Positions 21,301 through 32,210 of a stretch of DNA of 64,000 bases are shown here, in pieces. The first letter of the stretch is position 1. Each line of letters starts with the position of its first letter. Location of the stretch: positions 80,419 to 144,418 of IMG/VR virus record IMGVR_UViG_3300030107_008258; one strand, given 5' to 3'. Both the position numbers and the translations under genes were made by a program. A model generated the notes under the pieces. That model was not told the origin of the DNA and searched no databases. It saw only the letters and a program-made list of their open reading frames with translations. This DNA comes from a virus.

Positions 21301-23054
21301 CCGTAATTCGCAGTACGCTTAAAAAAGATTCCCCCTTTATTAGCGTTATCATTTCCCGCAAAACCAAATCTTATTGCAGCGGAGTCACCATCCGTGTTGT
21401 GGGTGTTCTGTATGTATAACGCTTTATTATCACCAGTTGCAGAGTCGTCAATGTGCAGCTTTGCAACGGGAGAATTAATCCCTATACCGACTTTGCCTCC
21501 TGTATCTATGTTTAAATTTGTAGAAGCAAAAGAATTACTGAAGCCAAGTGACATTATATCAGCAGAAGCATCTAGACCTACATAGACAGCATCCGTATCA
21601 TCTTTGATAGATATTAAAGCATCATTATCTGAAGATTGAAAACGTGCTATCTCGTTAGTAGTTCCCGAGTTAACAGTCAATGTATAGTCGGGGCTATCTG
21701 TTCCTATACCAACTTTACCACCTTTCGGGTTTAGTATTATAGCCTGTGCTACGGGAGAGGTAGAATTTTGCGCTTGAAACCAAAAATTATTAGTCGCACT
21801 ATCAATATCAATACTTAATCCAATATGTCCGTCTGCTCGACGCAAATTAAAAAGGCTTCCGTAAGTACCTAAATTGGGAATGGCTGCCGATCCCCCACGT
21901 ACCTCTAATTTAGCTCCCGGAGCTGTTGTTCCTATTCCAACATTGCCTCCCTCTTCTATAAAAACTTTTACTGATGAGGTACTTGCGTCATAAAAACTAA
22001 AACCGCCGGGAGCACCATTATAATGGCCTACATACCATTTACCTGTGCCAGCGTTTTCATACACGATTCCCGCACTGTAAGTATCCGAAGACGTAATAGA
22101 AACCCAGTTATTTGCGCTGCCTCCATCAAATCTAGCCAGTGTAGTGGAGGTTGCGGAAACATGAAGTTTGTAGGTAGGACTCTCTATCCCTATACCAACA
22201 TTACCGTCACCCAAGATAGTCATATTAGTGCCGCCACCGTCCTTAAACTTAATTGGTAGTCCAGTGTCAGTATTGAATGAAAACGCTCCTCCACGCATAC
22301 TAATATACCCTCTTTGGGTATTAGCGGAACGCTCAATAATTATTCCGCTTGCGTCGGAGTTATCAACTTTATCTTTGACGTGCAACGGAGCAAGTGGATC
22401 AGTAATACCGTTAACACCAACATTCCCCCCGCTCTTTAATCTTAAATTTTCTACACCTGCACTAACGCCATCGTAGGTGACCAAGCGCATATGGTAACCG
22501 CTTACGCTTTGAATATAACAGTCACCGTTACTCCATGTTATTGTTCCACTGCTTCCCGGTAACCATATATTACCGTTTACTGTTAATGTCTGATATTTAC
22601 CGCTTGTATTAACAGATAAATAATCATCAAATCTACCGTTGCCGTTAACATGAAATAACTCTGCTGGATCAGTTGTGCCTATTCCAACTTTGCCGTCAGC
22701 AGCTATACGCATTCGTTCACTACTACCAGTTTTAATAATGAGCGCTCTACTGGTTCCCCCGTCAGCTGCATCACAGACATTAAACGTAACATCTGAGTTC
22801 TCTGATGACGTAATGTCCAATCTAGTATCTCCTGTAGTATTGCCTACGGTCAAGCCTACTGAGCCAGTAGCAGATTTAAAGGTTCCGGCTAAACCATAAA
22901 GAGCCCCATTATTTCTAATATTAAGAACGGTTGAATCAGAATTATTTTTTAAGTCCAGTAATATATTATCGACAATATCATTACCGCCTTTTGCAGTCAG
23001 AGCTACCGCAGACCCTGCTGCCGAAGTTACAGTTGTGTTTACTAGTGATGCCAT
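18387..23054 (-). CDS. Long tail fibre (1555 aa), GNVGIGT repeats
   Basis: More than ten G(N/K)VGIGT..P...L.V repeats. Confidence 0.8.
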   Translation of the reverse strand: MASLVNTTVTSAAGSAVALTAKGGNDIVDNILLDLKNNSDSTVLNIRNNGALYGLAGTFKSATGSVGLTVGNTTGDTRLDITSSENSDVTFNVCDAADGGTSRALIIKTGSSERMRIAADGKVGIGTTDPAELFHVNGNGRFDDYLSVNTSGKYQTLTVNGNIWLPGSSGTITWSNGDCYIQSVSGYHMRLVTYDGVSAGVENLRLKSGGNVGVNGITDPLAPLHVKDKVDNSDASGIIIERSANTQRGYISMRGGAFSFNTDTGLPIKFKDGGGTNMTILGDGNVGIGIESPTYKLHVSATSTTLARFDGGSANNWVSITSSDTYSAGIVYENAGTGKWYVGHYNGAPGGFSFYDASTSSVKVFIEEGGNVGIGTTAPGAKLEVRGGSAAIPNLGTYGSLFNLRRADGHIGLSIDIDSATNNFWFQAQNSTSPVAQAIILNPKGGKVGIGTDSPDYTLTVNSGTTNEIARFQSSDNDALISIKDDTDAVYVGLDASADIMSLGFSNSFASTNLNIDTGGKVGIGINSPVAKLHIDDSATGDNKALYIQNTHNTDGDSAAIRFGFAGNDNANKGGIFFKRTANYGRGSLIFATENTANDDNVENSDAKLTINSDGEVGIGTNDPTQQLMVWEGSSSVSLGEWSNGAVIWLDGVNGDISGGDYYHILADDSTALRFGYGATHKVSMLNNGYVGIGTTDPTVQLEVSGTNPAIDLSQGGTNIFRTELDGANDVYQTVYGAGNQWILRTNGGTAALTINASQNATFAGTMACTTAYATQVQINTGSPILIMKDTDHTGASQVGYVSFLDSAGAEKGWMGYGSSGNTHLTIKNGHSGSQVVLDAPTTSVTGNLTVNSITSYSGSTTAFDDDVIIGGANATTSNLLYFHDTGGQEWYMAYDGGLKFVETGITQHVKFVDGGQVLIGSATTNGGKLMVSNSDNTVYDASQASHQRDEGSTLMINNESTTAGSFSQLLLRNRSSSVGGCRIVSIDSGADDSELAIVTGDTGESMRIIGDGNVGIGTTGPGSALNIYFASQKQVDFYSGTSPSGNNYVAALKLGRGKASNSALEIKYDSENAEHAYISRLYTNATLHFDLQGTDQMTIQGDGNVGIGTNAPSELLEVKGNMTLRGATNLRYKIANDSNNNWAEIGNDGATGENTLEFFTGSSSVPSMSITNSKLVGIGTNDPTNPLSVIDNTASATVYANFGPTTIDGTTREGGLQIHASSGSADKTWGIFADANPNSFNINYLGARATAISGGTNVLSISNTGGVTITGTATATTFSGSGASLTSLNASNLGSGTVPTARLGSGTASSSTYLRGDNTWATVSGGSGTVTSVATSGAITGGTITTSGTITHSTANGYKHIPADGADLKFLAYASAGTAEWAGGLLNYGDYALFAQRYDDGSSGGALSGGQWNTRILNTTVVNNYTTGSAWASLSSNKISLQAGTYYARVWAVAYDIDEQQINLANVTTGNTLLLTAPMSTKGTSPSNPAVAMSEGTFAITTNGHEVIAYHWANTAETNTYGGGRPLEGGTQSPTAGIDYDYDTYVSVQIWRVA

Positions 23055-26000
23055 TTAAATCCTTTTTTTCAATTCTTGAACCTCTTTATAGAGTTCTTTA
23101 AACCCGCCTAATAATACAGTCACTGCTCGACTATAATTTACACTGGAAGGATTACCTTTTTCGTCCTTCTCGACCAATTCCGGGAACAATTCCGCAAGTT
23201 CTTCCGCGATTAAACCGATTTCTTTTTTCTTATTTTCTTTTCTATTGTATTTTACTGGGCGGATTTTATTTATTATATCTAAGCTTGGAGTATAAGTTTC
23301 AACGTTTTCTTTTATAGCGATACTTGAAGTTTCAGTTAAGGTTCCTGTTACCGTAACGCCAGCTGATGTTGTAGCTATTTTAGTACTACCTTGATACAGT
23401 AAACTAGTAACTCCCGCTTGAGTCATGACTACGTGATAATAACTTGCCGTCCCTAATTTATAGGTCTCATCAGCCAAAACCAATACGCTACCCATAATTG
23501 TGGTAGTTCCCGGTTTATCTATAACAATACCAGACCTCGTACTTGCTGAAGTAAACCTTGCGTTATAATCGGACCCTCCGTTAACATGAAACAGTCTACT
23601 TGGATTAGTTATACCTATGCCGACATTACCTGTAGTCTTAGCAATCGTAAAAGGATCTTTAGTACTGGTAACATCCGTTATTCTAAAGCCATTTGTAAAG
23701 TCACAACTAATGTCGTAGACATAATTTGAGCTTGTAGAATCTTCAAGCCGAAGTGCCGCAGTTCCTCCGTACTTAATGTGAATTGGTTTAGCGGCGACAT
23801 TAGCCACTGACGAGTTACCAAACATTCCAGTCGTAGCCCTAGCTTGGCCATTTACTTCTAGTAAATTAGCGGCATTTGGAGAGACATTAATTCCCACTGA
23901 TGTTCCGTCATCAGTTATTTGAGAGTTCCCTATTGCACTCCCTCCTGTGAATTTAGCTACTTTGTTAGTGGAACCACTTCCGCTTATACTCCCAGCGCCG
24001 GGAGAAGCTTCCCACGCAATTCCTCCTGCGCCATCTGTTGTTAAAACATAACCATCAGTTCCGGCGCTGCCTCCTATCTTCATTTTAGAGGAAGCGATAT
24101 TTACTACTCCATCCCCAGTAATATCCAAAACTGCCCCACTAGAATTTTCAACGTAAAGTAAAGACTTAGTAGCGCTGCTAGTATTCATATAGGAGTGAAT
24201 TGCCTTATTAGTCCCGTATGCGGTTCCTACTACTTTAAGAGCAGCTGCGCCTGATTGGTCTGATGCTACTTGGTTAACTTGAAGCCTGCCTGCTGGATTA
24301 GTTACCCCTATACCGACATTACCCTCTTTATTAATAACCATCCTTTGCCGGATGCCATTAGTCGCAGCTCCAGCTGTGGCAAAAATTAATTCACCATCAA
24401 TCCAACTATCACCATCTCCTGTGCCTAATGGTGATCTAGTATAAATAGCTGCCGTCGCTGCCTTATAAGGACTAGATCCAGCTTCCCTTTTCGCGAAAAG
24501 AAGCATTGGGGAGAACCCGCCTGCGGTAGTGTCGTCATTATATAACACTAAACCGGGTTTTGTTGGGCCAGTCGCACCATTATCTGAAATGGTGATTAAC
24601 GCCCCGAAATCATCAGTATTAGTAACGTAAGGATCGTAGCTGGCATGAGACCCTGTACTAGCAATATAAATGTCATCATTACCATAACTGGCATTGATGG
24701 TATAGTTATTTCCTATTTGTAAGTTACCGGTGGGGTTATCTGTGCCGATGCCGACATTACCTGCAGAGGTAATACGCATATGCTCCGTGTTTGAAGTTAC
24801 AGCAAATCGGATATAATCATCATTCTTACATTGAATCGTCCAACTCCCCCCTGAATCTAAAAACCCTACGTTTCCATTTATGGCATATATATAACCATCT
24901 GTAGTGCCACCACTGTCCTCAAATTGTATTCCTGTCTCACTACCCGAACTTTTTATTTTAAGCGATGAATTCCAACCTCCGCCTACGATTTCTAACTTTG
25001 AATCTGGTGTAGTTGTTCCTATACCAACATTACCAGTAGAGACTATACGCATTGCTTCGTTAGGCCCACCGCCACCTGAAGTACCCAACTTAAATATAAT
25101 ATTACTATTCGCACCTAAATTAGCTGGATTCCCATTAGATATTAATTGTAAATCTGCGCCACCCACCACCTGACTATAAGTATAAGTAGAGCTACCTAAT
25201 GCGATAGCGCTGTTAACATGTATTTTGCTACCTGTATTAAGATCACTTGTCAGTCCCACTAATAACTCACCATCAGCATTTATTCGAGCTCGTTCAGTAG
25301 CATTTGTAATAAAATTTAACGTACTGGTAGTTGGTCGACTCATACCAGTGGTAGTATCGTTGGTGAAAGAAAAAGACGGAGCAGTCACAGCTCCTGAAAG
25401 AGACCGTATTTGCCCACCACTTTCTATAGTAGCTACCTGAGTACTCTCGTATCTTACGCTTAAAACAGTACCAGCTGAAGAATGACGCCCTAGTTCTAAA
25501 GCCGTAGTTTCGTCTGCTGCTATCTGCAATTGACCAGCGCTCTTATCAAATCCCATCCCAGTTTGATTACTAAAACCTGAAGCTATATTAAGAACAGTAT
25601 TACCAAAAAATACATCGTCGCGTAAGTATGCAGTTCCGTTAAGGTCTAGTAATTTACTTGGCGCAGTTATTCCTATACCAACACTTCCACCCCACGGACT
25701 TATTGCTATAGGTTTCTTGGGCGCTCTGTCTGCGCTAGTATCCCAAGCTTCCATGAAAGCGTAATCAGCATAAGTTCCGAACTGAAGTTCGCTATCTTCA
25801 CGAACAGATATTCTTCCTCTAACATCTAGTTTTGCACTATTGGCTGGAGCATTTGTCCCTATACCAACGTTAGCACCAACAATATGCATGGTTTCGGTAT
25901 CGGTGCCCGCCACCATAGTACTAAACGTTAAACGACCATCTTCTTCTGTATCAGTATTATCAACGATAAATGATTCGATAGAAGAATAACGAACGTTATT

Positions 26001-29000
26001 GCCCCCATCATCAGCCGCGTCAAAATATATGAAATTAGCACGACCAGCATCAGTAGCAAAGTCTGTCCTAAAAGTCATGCCCATTGCTCCAGTTCCATCA
26101 TTGTCGAAAAATAACTCTTGAGTAGAAGCTGAATCTGCATGTATATGGAAAATACTTGCGGGTGCATTTGTCCCTATACCGACACTACCCCCTTGAGTCA
26201 AAATCATTACCTCAGTAGCAGGGCTTCCATCGCCATCTAAACCAAAACCTAAATAAATTTTAGCATTAGCGCCGCCAGTATTATTTAATGATGAAATAGT
26301 TAAGCGCCCAGAGCTAGTAGAGTTATATCCAAAATATCCACCTAAAGAGGCGCTACTTCCTCCGGCCTGTAACGCTCCTTCAAAATTATCACTATCAGCT
26401 GCTTGGTAAATGTGAGCATTACGGTAAGGCGTAACGGTTCCTATGCCAACATTGCCGCCTCTAAAATATGAATTCCCGTTTGAATTTAAATTTACTTGTG
26501 TGCCGCCAGTATTGGAGCCGACCTGAAAAACACCGTCAGAGCCGTTGCTATAGACTCCAGCAATTAAATTCCCACTTGAGTTGTCCCATTCTTGAACATA
26601 AGCACTAGTCGCGGCAGCTTTAACATGAAGCGGACTGTCTGGCGCCGTATTCCCAATGCCAACTTTACCTCCGGAAGTCACTATCATTCTTACAGCACCA
26701 TTTGTTCCGAACTGTAAAGGATAATCCCCTGTCCCGGCTACTACCGTTGCGTAGGCTAACGCTCCCGTAACGGTTCCTCCCCCTGAGCTAGACTCTCTAT
26801 AAAAATAACTTGTTCCACCGGTATTGGCCGCTTGGAAACCTGTACGATTAGTCCCCGTGGTGGAACTAACAAATACATCTCCAGCAGCCTGTCTTATATC
26901 AAGCGAATAAGCCGGATCAGTTGTTCCTATACCAATTAAACCACCAACAGGATCAATGCACATTCTTTCTAAAGGTACATCGCTTGAGGTTAGCCCACTC
27001 CCACTTTTAGTTGAGAAAACTAAAAATGCTCGTTCAGACCCCGAAGTGTCATGCAGTCTTGTACCTATCCATGCTTGTGGATGATTATTCCAAGTTGTTG
27101 CTCCACCATTATTTAATAAATGATTAAACGCTATACCGGGGTAGTATGTATTAGCAGTAGTAGACCTAGTGTGCTCTGGCCCCATCATTATTCCCCATGT
27201 CCCAGTGCCGAGAGTTGTAGCTCCCGTGCTTGGACCTTGAGTTGTGAGCATACCCGGGGGAGCTTGAGTATATGCGTTGATGGAAATTAATTGTTTAGCA
27301 CCCGTGATTACAATATCTCCGGCATTAACATGAAGCTTTGCGCTGGGTGTAGTTATTCCTATACCAACGTTGCCGTCATACTGGATCGTCATACGCGAGT
27401 CTGCCAAGGTTGCGCTATTAGAACCGTTTTGAGCGTTGTTAAGGATGTGTATCTTCCCCCTAGCCGCGCCATCCTCTCTTTCAAATGCCAATATAGATTT
27501 TCGGTAATTGGCATTGTTCTCACGATAGCCAAAATGAATACCCTGCCATTTCCCAGCCGCAATTGTTCCTGCGAATGTTACATATTGACCATCTGTGGTT
27601 CCTGTATCTACTTCTAATACTTTTTGTGGATTATTCGTCCCTATTCCAATATCTCCATCATCATATATTACTGAGTCGCCAAGAGTATCCGAATCAACCC
27701 ACTTCGGTACATAATTAGCTGTTCCGTTTCCTCCTACGCCCGAAAGCACATCCTCAATCATCTTCCATTGAGGACCATCTTCTTTGCTTGTTAAAACATA
27801 ACCATCAACTCCTGTGGAGTTTGTTGAGTCATAAAGATAACCGCTGATTATGGCATCGCCAGCAACATGAAGTCTGTGCTCTGGTGATGTATTATTGATT
27901 CCGACATTACCATCTGTATTTATTAAAAACTGAGAGCTTCCACCTTTTTGTATTTGAAAATTATTGTCGCCGTTGCCTGCGAATGATCTATCTAGAATAA
28001 AGTTGTGGTTACCATCACTATCTGAATCTTGATCTGCTACTATTTTACAATTAAGGTCGTCTACATAAAATTCTATATCTTGAGCTGTATCTCTTCCAAC
28101 TACTAATCTAGCTCCATAACTAGGAGATGCTGTAGAGTCTAATATTCTAACTTGCCCACCGTAAACATGAAGATTCCCGACAGGAGCCGTTGTTCCTATA
28201 CCAACGTTACCATCAGTTAAAACAGTTATTTTATCACTAGTTCCCGGCACACCGCTAGTGTTGGAAATCTTAAAAGCTCCCGACTCCGACCTGTCAACCC
28301 CCACCGCCCAGTTGGTATTGTTGTCTCCAAACGAAATATAGGGATCATCATTCCCAGAAAAGAGACGTAGCTTTGTGGCTCCGCTGCTTTTAGTAATGGT
28401 AGTGTCCCCGGCGACCTCTAATTTTGCAGAAGGTGCATTTGTTCCTATACCTACATTACCGTCAGCCTTTATCCGCATATACTCCGTTAGAGTATCTCCA
28501 GAGCCGTTTGCTGAAGTAGAGAACGTAATTAAGCCGTCATCTGCTCCATCGGTAAGGGCTTTAATCGCAGCTATGGAATTTCCACTATTAGCAAATAGAA
28601 CTTGAGCCGTGTCATTTGCACTTGTCCTTTTACCTTCTAGTTTTAAAACAGCAGCATCATCATTTTTATCGTTATGAATATAAATCTGCGTATTACCTGC
28701 GCTTGAATCATCTTCGTAAACAGTTAATAAAGAAGCGGGATCGTTTGTTCCTATGCCAACATTACCGGCTTGATTAATTGAAATATTAGCGGCTCCTGCA
28801 CTGGTGAAAGTTAATGTATGATCTGTCCCACCTGTAACTTGAGTATCATTTTTAATTCTCCATTTTGTGGCGCCTGCCGCTTCCCATCTTAAGGTAACGT
28901 CAGTGGTTGCGCCGGAAGAGTTCAATGTAGCGTCGCCATAAACCTCAAGAAGATATTGAGGATCAGTTGTTCCTATACCCACCTTTCCATCAGCGGCAAT

Positions 29001-31301
29001 ACGAACTCTTTCCTCAGCAACTGCGCTTTGAGGACGAGTTACAAAAGCTAACCCAGCTCCGTAGTCACTCGACCCAACTTCCTTAACTGCGGCTATACCT
29101 GCGGCCGCATTCGCATGATAAGTTCCATTAAGTTCAAAAGCTAAACCAACTGCCGCATTCTGAGTATTGTTGGGGTTACGTACAATTAAGTCGTGCCATG
29201 TAGCGCCGTTGCTCGGGGCAAATGTCGTGCTACGAGATGGAGTAAGTACGTCTACTTTGCTATTAGGGGCACCTGATCCTATCCCTACATTGCCATCAGT
29301 TCTTTTTATAACCAATGCGTTAGTAACGTCGCTTGTATCTATAATAAATTTATTGTTAGCTCCATCGTATCTAAGGTCAACCCCTGTAGTTCCTCCAGCA
29401 TTTTCCCTATAACTTATCTTTCCAGAGTTTGCGCTATCAACAGTAACAGGACGAATTAAAATTGTGGGATCAGAATCGCTCACAACTTCTAATATTTCGG
29501 CGGGCGCATTTGTTCCTATACCAACATTCCCCACACTATTTAAAGTCACCTGCTGCGTTAGCGTTCCCCCTTCCATTGTCCATAACGCTAACTCACCATC
29601 CTCGCTTCCATCAGTTGAGTCTTTTATTTGACTTGTAATTGCGCCATATTCAACATCTTCTGGGGTTCCATTATCATTTTTCCCACGAAACCTAATGACA
29701 CCAATATAATCGTTATCTGCCGCAGACGTAGAACTACGATATAAAACTAGGTCAGGTGCGGTTGACCCTCCTGTTTCGCTGCTTTCAAGTATTAAATTGT
29801 TATTAAGATCTGAGCTAAGGATATGCAATTTACCAGCAGGTGAATTTGTTCCTATGCCAACATTACCGTCGCCAATAATACGCACTTTTTCTGAAGATGT
29901 ACCAGCATTGTCTGTGGAGAACGAAATGTAACCGGTATTGTTAGCTCCCGTAGTCCCCCCTTGAATCATTGCTACTCCACCGACATTATTTCCAAAAAGT
30001 ATTGTACCAACAATATCTGTGGTATTGTTATTGGCATGTTTTAAGAATATTTCCGCCCCTTCGTCATGCGCCCCATCACTTAAAAGTTGTAATAGCGCAG
30101 CTGGAGTATTTGTTCCTATACCGACATTACCGTTAGGCTTTACCACGAACCTATAAGTACCGTTGGCGTTCGCCCCTAAAATAATTCCAGTGCTTGAAGG
30201 GTTGTCTATACGGACCAAAAGGCCGCTATGATTACCTGTAGTCGCAGTGTTATAAATTCTTGAAAGCCAATCTCCCGTAATTGAAGCTTTAACTTCAAGT
30301 CTATAGGCAGGATCAGTTGTCCCTATGCCAACGTTGCCATCGCGCTTAATGACCATGTCGTCATTAGTGCCATCAGGTCTAAATGAAATATATTTTAAAT
30401 CACTATAACCTCCCTGTGCCCCTAGTACGAAATAATGGTTGGCGTGATCTAAAGCGAGAAAAGTTTTATTAGTATCATTATTGGCAAAATTAAGCTGAGT
30501 CCATGTATCGCCATCATTATCTAGTTTTAACTGATCCCCATTATCCCCAACTATATGAAGTTTGTTATCTGGATAAGCCGTACCTAATCCAAGGCTACCA
30601 GTAATATAAGAATCCCCATCCGAATGAAGTTGTATGGTTTGCGTTCCTCCATTTTTATAAGCCCGTATTAAAGCATCGTTAGAACTTTGACGCACATTAA
30701 ATAAAGCATCATTAGAACTATGAACTAAATTTAAAACATTAGTTCCGTCACCGGTAGACTTTACAGCAAGATTTCCGTCTGGAGCCATGTTTATCCCCAC
30801 GCCCCATAAACCGTTATCTTGACTCACTCCAGAAGTTAGAGTATCCTCATCAGACCAACGAGCTACATAATTAGCAACGCCGGAACCCCCAACGCCCGAA
30901 AGAACTGACTCAATATTTTTCCAATTAACACCAGTTGTTCCCTCGTTAGTGAGAACCATACCTCCATTACCTACGGAGTTGTTAGAATCATAAATGATTC
31001 CACTCATGGCAATAGTGTTAACTGAGAGCTTACTGCCATCAAAAGTTAAATTGGCATTAGCCCCGAAAACCCCATTATCATTAAACTGAACTTGGTGGTC
31101 AGCTCCCGCCGGATCAGTACTCCCGCCCCCTCCGCCACCCGCTACTTGAGCCCAGCCCGCGGCCCTTTTAACAAAGGTTTTAAGGTTACCAGTAGATACG
31201 TAGAAAGCGCCATCAAGTACTCCCGTTACTTGAGAGTCGAGGGCCGTAGTAGTATTAACATCTCCTACAAATCTATCTCCTGCGTATCTTGTGATTGCCA
31301 T
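23055..31301 (-). CDS. Giant tail fibre (2748 aa) with C-terminal S74-type intramolecular chaperone
   Basis: About 25 GNVGIGT repeats; ends in SS...KENV...I.PVKY...GLIAEEL...PELV...VNY...L..GFKEL coiled coil. Confidence 0.85.
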   Translation of the reverse strand: MAITRYAGDRFVGDVNTTTALDSQVTGVLDGAFYVSTGNLKTFVKRAAGWAQVAGGGGGGSTDPAGADHQVQFNDNGVFGANANLTFDGSKLSVNTIAMSGIIYDSNNSVGNGGMVLTNEGTTGVNWKNIESVLSGVGGSGVANYVARWSDEDTLTSGVSQDNGLWGVGINMAPDGNLAVKSTGDGTNVLNLVHSSNDALFNVRQSSNDALIRAYKNGGTQTIQLHSDGDSYITGSLGLGTAYPDNKLHIVGDNGDQLKLDNDGDTWTQLNFANNDTNKTFLALDHANHYFVLGAQGGYSDLKYISFRPDGTNDDMVIKRDGNVGIGTTDPAYRLEVKASITGDWLSRIYNTATTGNHSGLLVRIDNPSSTGIILGANANGTYRFVVKPNGNVGIGTNTPAALLQLLSDGAHDEGAEIFLKHANNNTTDIVGTILFGNNVGGVAMIQGGTTGANNTGYISFSTDNAGTSSEKVRIIGDGNVGIGTNSPAGKLHILSSDLNNNLILESSETGGSTAPDLVLYRSSTSAADNDYIGVIRFRGKNDNGTPEDVEYGAITSQIKDSTDGSEDGELALWTMEGGTLTQQVTLNSVGNVGIGTNAPAEILEVVSDSDPTILIRPVTVDSANSGKISYRENAGGTTGVDLRYDGANNKFIIDTSDVTNALVIKRTDGNVGIGSGAPNSKVDVLTPSRSTTFAPSNGATWHDLIVRNPNNTQNAAVGLAFELNGTYHANAAAGIAAVKEVGSSDYGAGLAFVTRPQSAVAEERVRIAADGKVGIGTTDPQYLLEVYGDATLNSSGATTDVTLRWEAAGATKWRIKNDTQVTGGTDHTLTFTSAGAANISINQAGNVGIGTNDPASLLTVYEDDSSAGNTQIYIHNDKNDDAAVLKLEGKRTSANDTAQVLFANSGNSIAAIKALTDGADDGLITFSTSANGSGDTLTEYMRIKADGNVGIGTNAPSAKLEVAGDTTITKSSGATKLRLFSGNDDPYISFGDNNTNWAVGVDRSESGAFKISNTSGVPGTSDKITVLTDGNVGIGTTAPVGNLHVYGGQVRILDSTASPSYGARLVVGRDTAQDIEFYVDDLNCKIVADQDSDSDGNHNFILDRSFAGNGDNNFQIQKGGSSQFLINTDGNVGINNTSPEHRLHVAGDAIISGYLYDSTNSTGVDGYVLTSKEDGPQWKMIEDVLSGVGGNGTANYVPKWVDSDTLGDSVIYDDGDIGIGTNNPQKVLEVDTGTTDGQYVTFAGTIAAGKWQGIHFGYRENNANYRKSILAFEREDGAARGKIHILNNAQNGSNSATLADSRMTIQYDGNVGIGITTPSAKLHVNAGDIVITGAKQLISINAYTQAPPGMLTTQGPSTGATTLGTGTWGIMMGPEHTRSTTANTYYPGIAFNHLLNNGGATTWNNHPQAWIGTRLHDTSGSERAFLVFSTKSGSGLTSSDVPLERMCIDPVGGLIGIGTTDPAYSLDIRQAAGDVFVSSTTGTNRTGFQAANTGGTSYFYRESSSGGGTVTGALAYATVVAGTGDYPLQFGTNGAVRMIVTSGGKVGIGNTAPDSPLHVKAAATSAYVQEWDNSSGNLIAGVYSNGSDGVFQVGSNTGGTQVNLNSNGNSYFRGGNVGIGTVTPYRNAHIYQAADSDNFEGALQAGGSSASLGGYFGYNSTSSGRLTISSLNNTGGANAKIYLGFGLDGDGSPATEVMILTQGGSVGIGTNAPASIFHIHADSASTQELFFDNDGTGAMGMTFRTDFATDAGRANFIYFDAADDGGNNVRYSSIESFIVDNTDTEEDGRLTFSTMVAGTDTETMHIVGANVGIGTNAPANSAKLDVRGRISVREDSELQFGTYADYAFMEAWDTSADRAPKKPIAISPWGGSVGIGITAPSKLLDLNGTAYLRDDVFFGNTVLNIASGFSNQTGMGFDKSAGQLQIAADETTALELGRHSSAGTVLSVRYESTQVATIESGGQIRSLSGAVTAPSFSFTNDTTTGMSRPTTSTLNFITNATERARINADGELLVGLTSDLNTGSKIHVNSAIALGSSTYTYSQVVGGADLQLISNGNPANLGANSNIIFKLGTSGGGGPNEAMRIVSTGNVGIGTTTPDSKLEIVGGGWNSSLKIKSSGSETGIQFEDSGGTTDGYIYAINGNVGFLDSGGSWTIQCKNDDYIRFAVTSNTEHMRITSAGNVGIGTDNPTGNLQIGNNYTINASYGNDDIYIASTGSHASYDPYVTNTDDFGALITISDNGATGPTKPGLVLYNDDTTAGGFSPMLLFAKREAGSSPYKAATAAIYTRSPLGTGDGDSWIDGELIFATAGAATNGIRQRMVINKEGNVGIGVTNPAGRLQVNQVASDQSGAAALKVVGTAYGTNKAIHSYMNTSSATKSLLYVENSSGAVLDITGDGVVNIASSKMKIGGSAGTDGYVLTTDGAGGIAWEASPGAGSISGSGSTNKVAKFTGGSAIGNSQITDDGTSVGINVSPNAANLLEVNGQARATTGMFGNSSVANVAAKPIHIKYGGTAALRLEDSTSSNYVYDISCDFTNGFRITDVTSTKDPFTIAKTTGNVGIGITNPSRLFHVNGGSDYNARFTSASTRSGIVIDKPGTTTIMGSVLVLADETYKLGTASYYHVVMTQAGVTSLLYQGSTKIATTSAGVTVTGTLTETSSIAIKENVETYTPSLDIINKIRPVKYNRKENKKKEIGLIAEELAELFPELVEKDEKGNPSSVNYSRAVTVLLGGFKELYKEVQELKKRI

Positions 31302-31304
31302 AAC

Positions 31305-32210
31305 TTATGAAAAACTAAATTTAAATCCGTAAAAAGCCCCACTGTTATATATTCCATCATTACTATTAAAATAAATTTTTATTTGATGTTCTCCCGCACT
31401 TAATGACGCAGAAGTAAAAGTTCCTTGACCTGCTGTTGTAGTATAGCCAAATCTTCTAGAGTCTTGATCAACAAATTGCGAACCAGCCTCCCCAAAAACA
31501 AAATTTCTATCCGGAGCGGGATTAGGTGTTTGCGTTCCTGCCGAATTAAAGAGTTTTACTTGATTCATGTCCCAATCGTAATAATCATTAGCGGTCCAAT
31601 CTGCAGGAGCCTCGCCTTTGCATAAATGGGTTGAATCTATTCCTAAATGCATTCTATCATGAATTGTAGCTTGATAGATTCTTTCGCCTAATCCTGATAC
31701 TTTAACCTGTAAGGTCTTGGGCGAGTTTAAAGTGAAAGTCCCCACGGCACTACCGCTTTGTATAAATTTATTAAACTGTTCTTGATAGTTTAAATGACCT
31801 GAGTCTGGATAAAGATCATCTCTCTGCAATACTTCACAAGTATCTACATCCGCCTCAAAATAAAAGTTTAACTCTCCGTTAGGTACTGTGTCATTATCAT
31901 TAATAATAAATGGACTAGCCCGGTGATATCCGTTAGTAGGAAACTCACTATTACCATGTAAGAACCATCCCCAATAAGCATCGTCTTCATCCGGTGTCGT
32001 GTTTGTTCCTATATGCCAGTATTCCGGGTGAAAACTTTCCCATGCGTCAGAATAGGTATTATATTCAATAAAAGGAAAATTTCTGGTTGTGCCAACGTTA
32101 GCGATACCATCACCGCTATAGTAAAGATTAAATGACCAATCTATTTCAATGACTCCATCGTCAACCTCAGTAGAGTCTTTCCAAAAAGCTGTTGGAAAAT
32201 TTAATGACAT
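31305..32210 (-). CDS. Virion-associated hypothetical protein
   Basis: 301-aa ORF coupled to its neighbours in the fibre operon. Confidence 0.55.
   Translation of the reverse strand: MSLNFPTAFWKDSTEVDDGVIEIDWSFNLYYSGDGIANVGTTRNFPFIEYNTYSDAWESFHPEYWHIGTNTTPDEDDAYWGWFLHGNSEFPTNGYHRASPFIINDNDTVPNGELNFYFEADVDTCEVLQRDDLYPDSGHLNYQEQFNKFIQSGSAVGTFTLNSPKTLQVKVSGLGERIYQATIHDRMHLGIDSTHLCKGEAPADWTANDYYDWDMNQVKLFNSAGTQTPNPAPDRNFVFGEAGSQFVDQDSRRFGYTTTAGQGTFTSASLSAGEHQIKIYFNSNDGIYNSGAFYGFKFSFS

Noticed and set aside
2864-31301. Diversity-generating retroelement acting on the fibres
   Set aside because: No reverse transcriptase and no adenine-specific template/variable repeat pair visible
410-31625. Many 60-210 aa plus-strand ORFs opposite the structural genes
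   Set aside because: Antisense shadows of long coding frames with no independent signals
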